Positions 21,225 through 22,853 of a stretch of 22,853 nt of DNA are shown here, piece by piece; the first letter of the stretch is position 1, and each line of letters begins with the position of its first letter. The DNA comes from Octopus sinensis (lineage: Eukaryota). The notes beneath the pieces were generated by a model. It had not been told where the DNA came from, did no database searches, and saw only the letters and a program-made list of their open reading frames with translations. Made by a program: the position numbers and the translations under genes. The stretch is from positions 1 through 22,853 of the forward strand of contig NW_021836683.1 in the NCBI RefSeq assembly GCF_006345805.1. The letters run 5' to 3'.

Positions 21225-22560
21225 AAAAAATAAGATTAATTTGCCAAGATAAATCGGACCTAGGTAAAGGAATCAAGACTATGGTTGATAAATTCATGCC
21301 GATTGTTAGGAAAACATTAAAGTTGTAACTTTGGTCGAACACACGAAGTAATACACCGGTTTAATATAATTGAAAGCAAAAATAGAACCAAGATTTTACG
21401 AATTGATATAGATAATTATTATTCTTCAGTTAACCCTATATTACTAAACAAAGCCCTTTTGTTCGCTAGAAAGAACTCTAACCTAAATACGAATGAAATT
21501 AACATTATCTTAGGTGCCAAAAAAAACAATTATTAAATTTGTCAACCAATATTGGGTTAGAAAGTATACTAACGATAGCTTTGATATAACAATGGGATCA
21601 GCTGATTCGTCACAGGTCACCGATTTTGTGGGTATTACTCTTTACTCTTTTACTCTTTTACTTGTTTCAGTCATTTGACTGCGGCCGTGCTGGAGCACCG
21701 CCTTTAGTCTAGCAAATCGACCCCTGGACTTATTCTTGGTAAGCCCAGTACTTATATTCTATCGGTCTCGTTTGCCGAACTGCTAAGTGACGGGGACGTA
21801 AATACACAAGCATCAGTTGTCAAGCAATGCTAGGGGGACAAACACAGACACACAAACACATACACACATATATATATACATATATATACGACAGGCTTCT
21901 TTCAGTTTCCGTCTACCAAATCCACTCACAAGGCTTTGGTCGGCTCGGGGCTATAGCAGAAGACACTTGCCCAAGATGCCACGCAGTGGGACTGAACCCG
22001 GAACCATGTGGTTGGTTAGCAAGCTACTTACCACACAGCCACTCAACTTAAGTAAGGATTTTCTGAACTTGGGGCGGGTTTGTATAGGGTTGGCGCACTT
22101 TTTACTCTTAGAAACCTATTTGATAGAAAATTGGAATCATATAAAAAGAAATTTCATAAATTCTTTAAAAACATTGGTCTATCCATTACTATTGAAAACG
22201 AACATAGTTCAGTTAACTTTCTAGATGTGAACCTAAACCTTGTCACTGACAAGCACAAACCCTACCATAAGCCTAACAGCAACCTAGGGTATATAAATGT
22301 TAGATGTAATCATCCTAGATCTGTCACAATTTCTCTGGTCTCGAATATTTCAAAAAGGATATCTTACCTGTCGTCAAATGAGGAAATTTTTGATAATGCA
22401 GTAGATTATTATAACTTGGCACTTATGAAAGTCGGTTATAAACAAAAGTTGAAATATTACGGACCAAACAATAACTACTGTAATAAGAATAATTTGGATA
22501 AATTTGTAGGTGACCAAAACCCTAAATACTCTAAGTAAAATAGGTATTATGGTTTTAATA
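21225..22560 (+). pseudogene. Penelope-like reverse transcriptase, interrupted by a SINE
   Basis: KIRLICQDKSDLGK..LWSNT..RIDIDNYYSS..LLNKAL..FDITMGSADSSQVTDFVG [SINE] ..LYRVGAL..VNFLDVNLNL..KPYHKPNS...YINVRCNHPRSV..KRISYLSSNEEIF. Catalytic YRDD reads YRVG (22083-22094). Confidence 0.9.
21637..22044 (-). mobile_element. SINE family C inserted in PLE RT
   Basis: Family C sequence sits between RT codons FVGI and LNL; ACTC occurs at both ends. Confidence 0.9.
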
Positions 22561-22669
22561 AATATACACTTAATAACAATGAAATATTATAAGCTGGAAT
22601 TAGTGAACAAAATTTAAGCGGTATAAACGATAATAATACTCCCTTTTAGAGGTATCTCTATACTCAATA

Positions 22670-22678
22670 TGTATACAT

Positions 22679-22756
<78 letters not shown>

Positions 22757-22782
22757 CTATATATAAATATATATATATATAC
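22670..22782. repeat. (ATAC)n-(AC)n-(AT)n microsatellite
   Basis: Seen directly. Confidence 0.95.
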
Positions 22783-22853
22783 CAGAATAAGCACTTGAAT
22801 GTGAAACAAGATGGAAAAATATTACTCGAATACCAGATGTAGAGTAATATGCT
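22783..22853 (-). mobile_element. pLTR-like 3' end running off the window
   Basis: GAATAAG...TGGAAAAATATTACTCGAATACC matches GAATAAG...TGGAAAAATAGTACTCGAATACC at 18801-18837. Confidence 0.5.

Noticed and set aside
20935-21342. Minus-strand ORF at first read as LINE RT (IPLPRSDLS)
   Set aside because: Its 5' part is the antisense of the + strand PLE RT and its 3' part is the PLE Cys linker, so the resemblance is coincidental.
1-22853. CRISPR array, rRNA, operon or host protein-coding gene
   Set aside because: No spaced direct repeats, rRNA-like sequence or credible host ORF; this is eukaryotic repetitive DNA.

Overview
AT-rich, microsatellite-saturated animal DNA with no recognisable host gene. 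The SINE families and (AT)n/(AC)n load suggest a coleoid cephalopod, probably Octopus (inference). Most ORF-track entries are translations of microsatellites. Contents: four tRNA-derived SINE families (about 12 copies or fragments), three decayed Tc1/mariner elements (12.6-15.0 kb), and a decayed Penelope-like retroelement (PLE) whose RT half and GIY-YIG half point in opposite directions (20.1-22.6 kb). Two unexpected structures stand out. (1) A ~6.4 kb inverted duplication (arms 3951-6728 and 6996-10360, 267-bp spacer) with a SINE in only one arm. (2) A scattered set of type I hammerhead-ribozyme (HHR) folds in PLE-terminal-repeat-like DNA (3967-4016, 10295-10343, 15436-15522, 16863-16931, 18892-18931, possibly 20255-20348), mostly with palindromic or near-palindromic stem III sequences. 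Three of them read CCGANGA instead of CUGANGA. All alignments, folds and family names were made by eye or from memory, and none of the HHRs is shown to be active.
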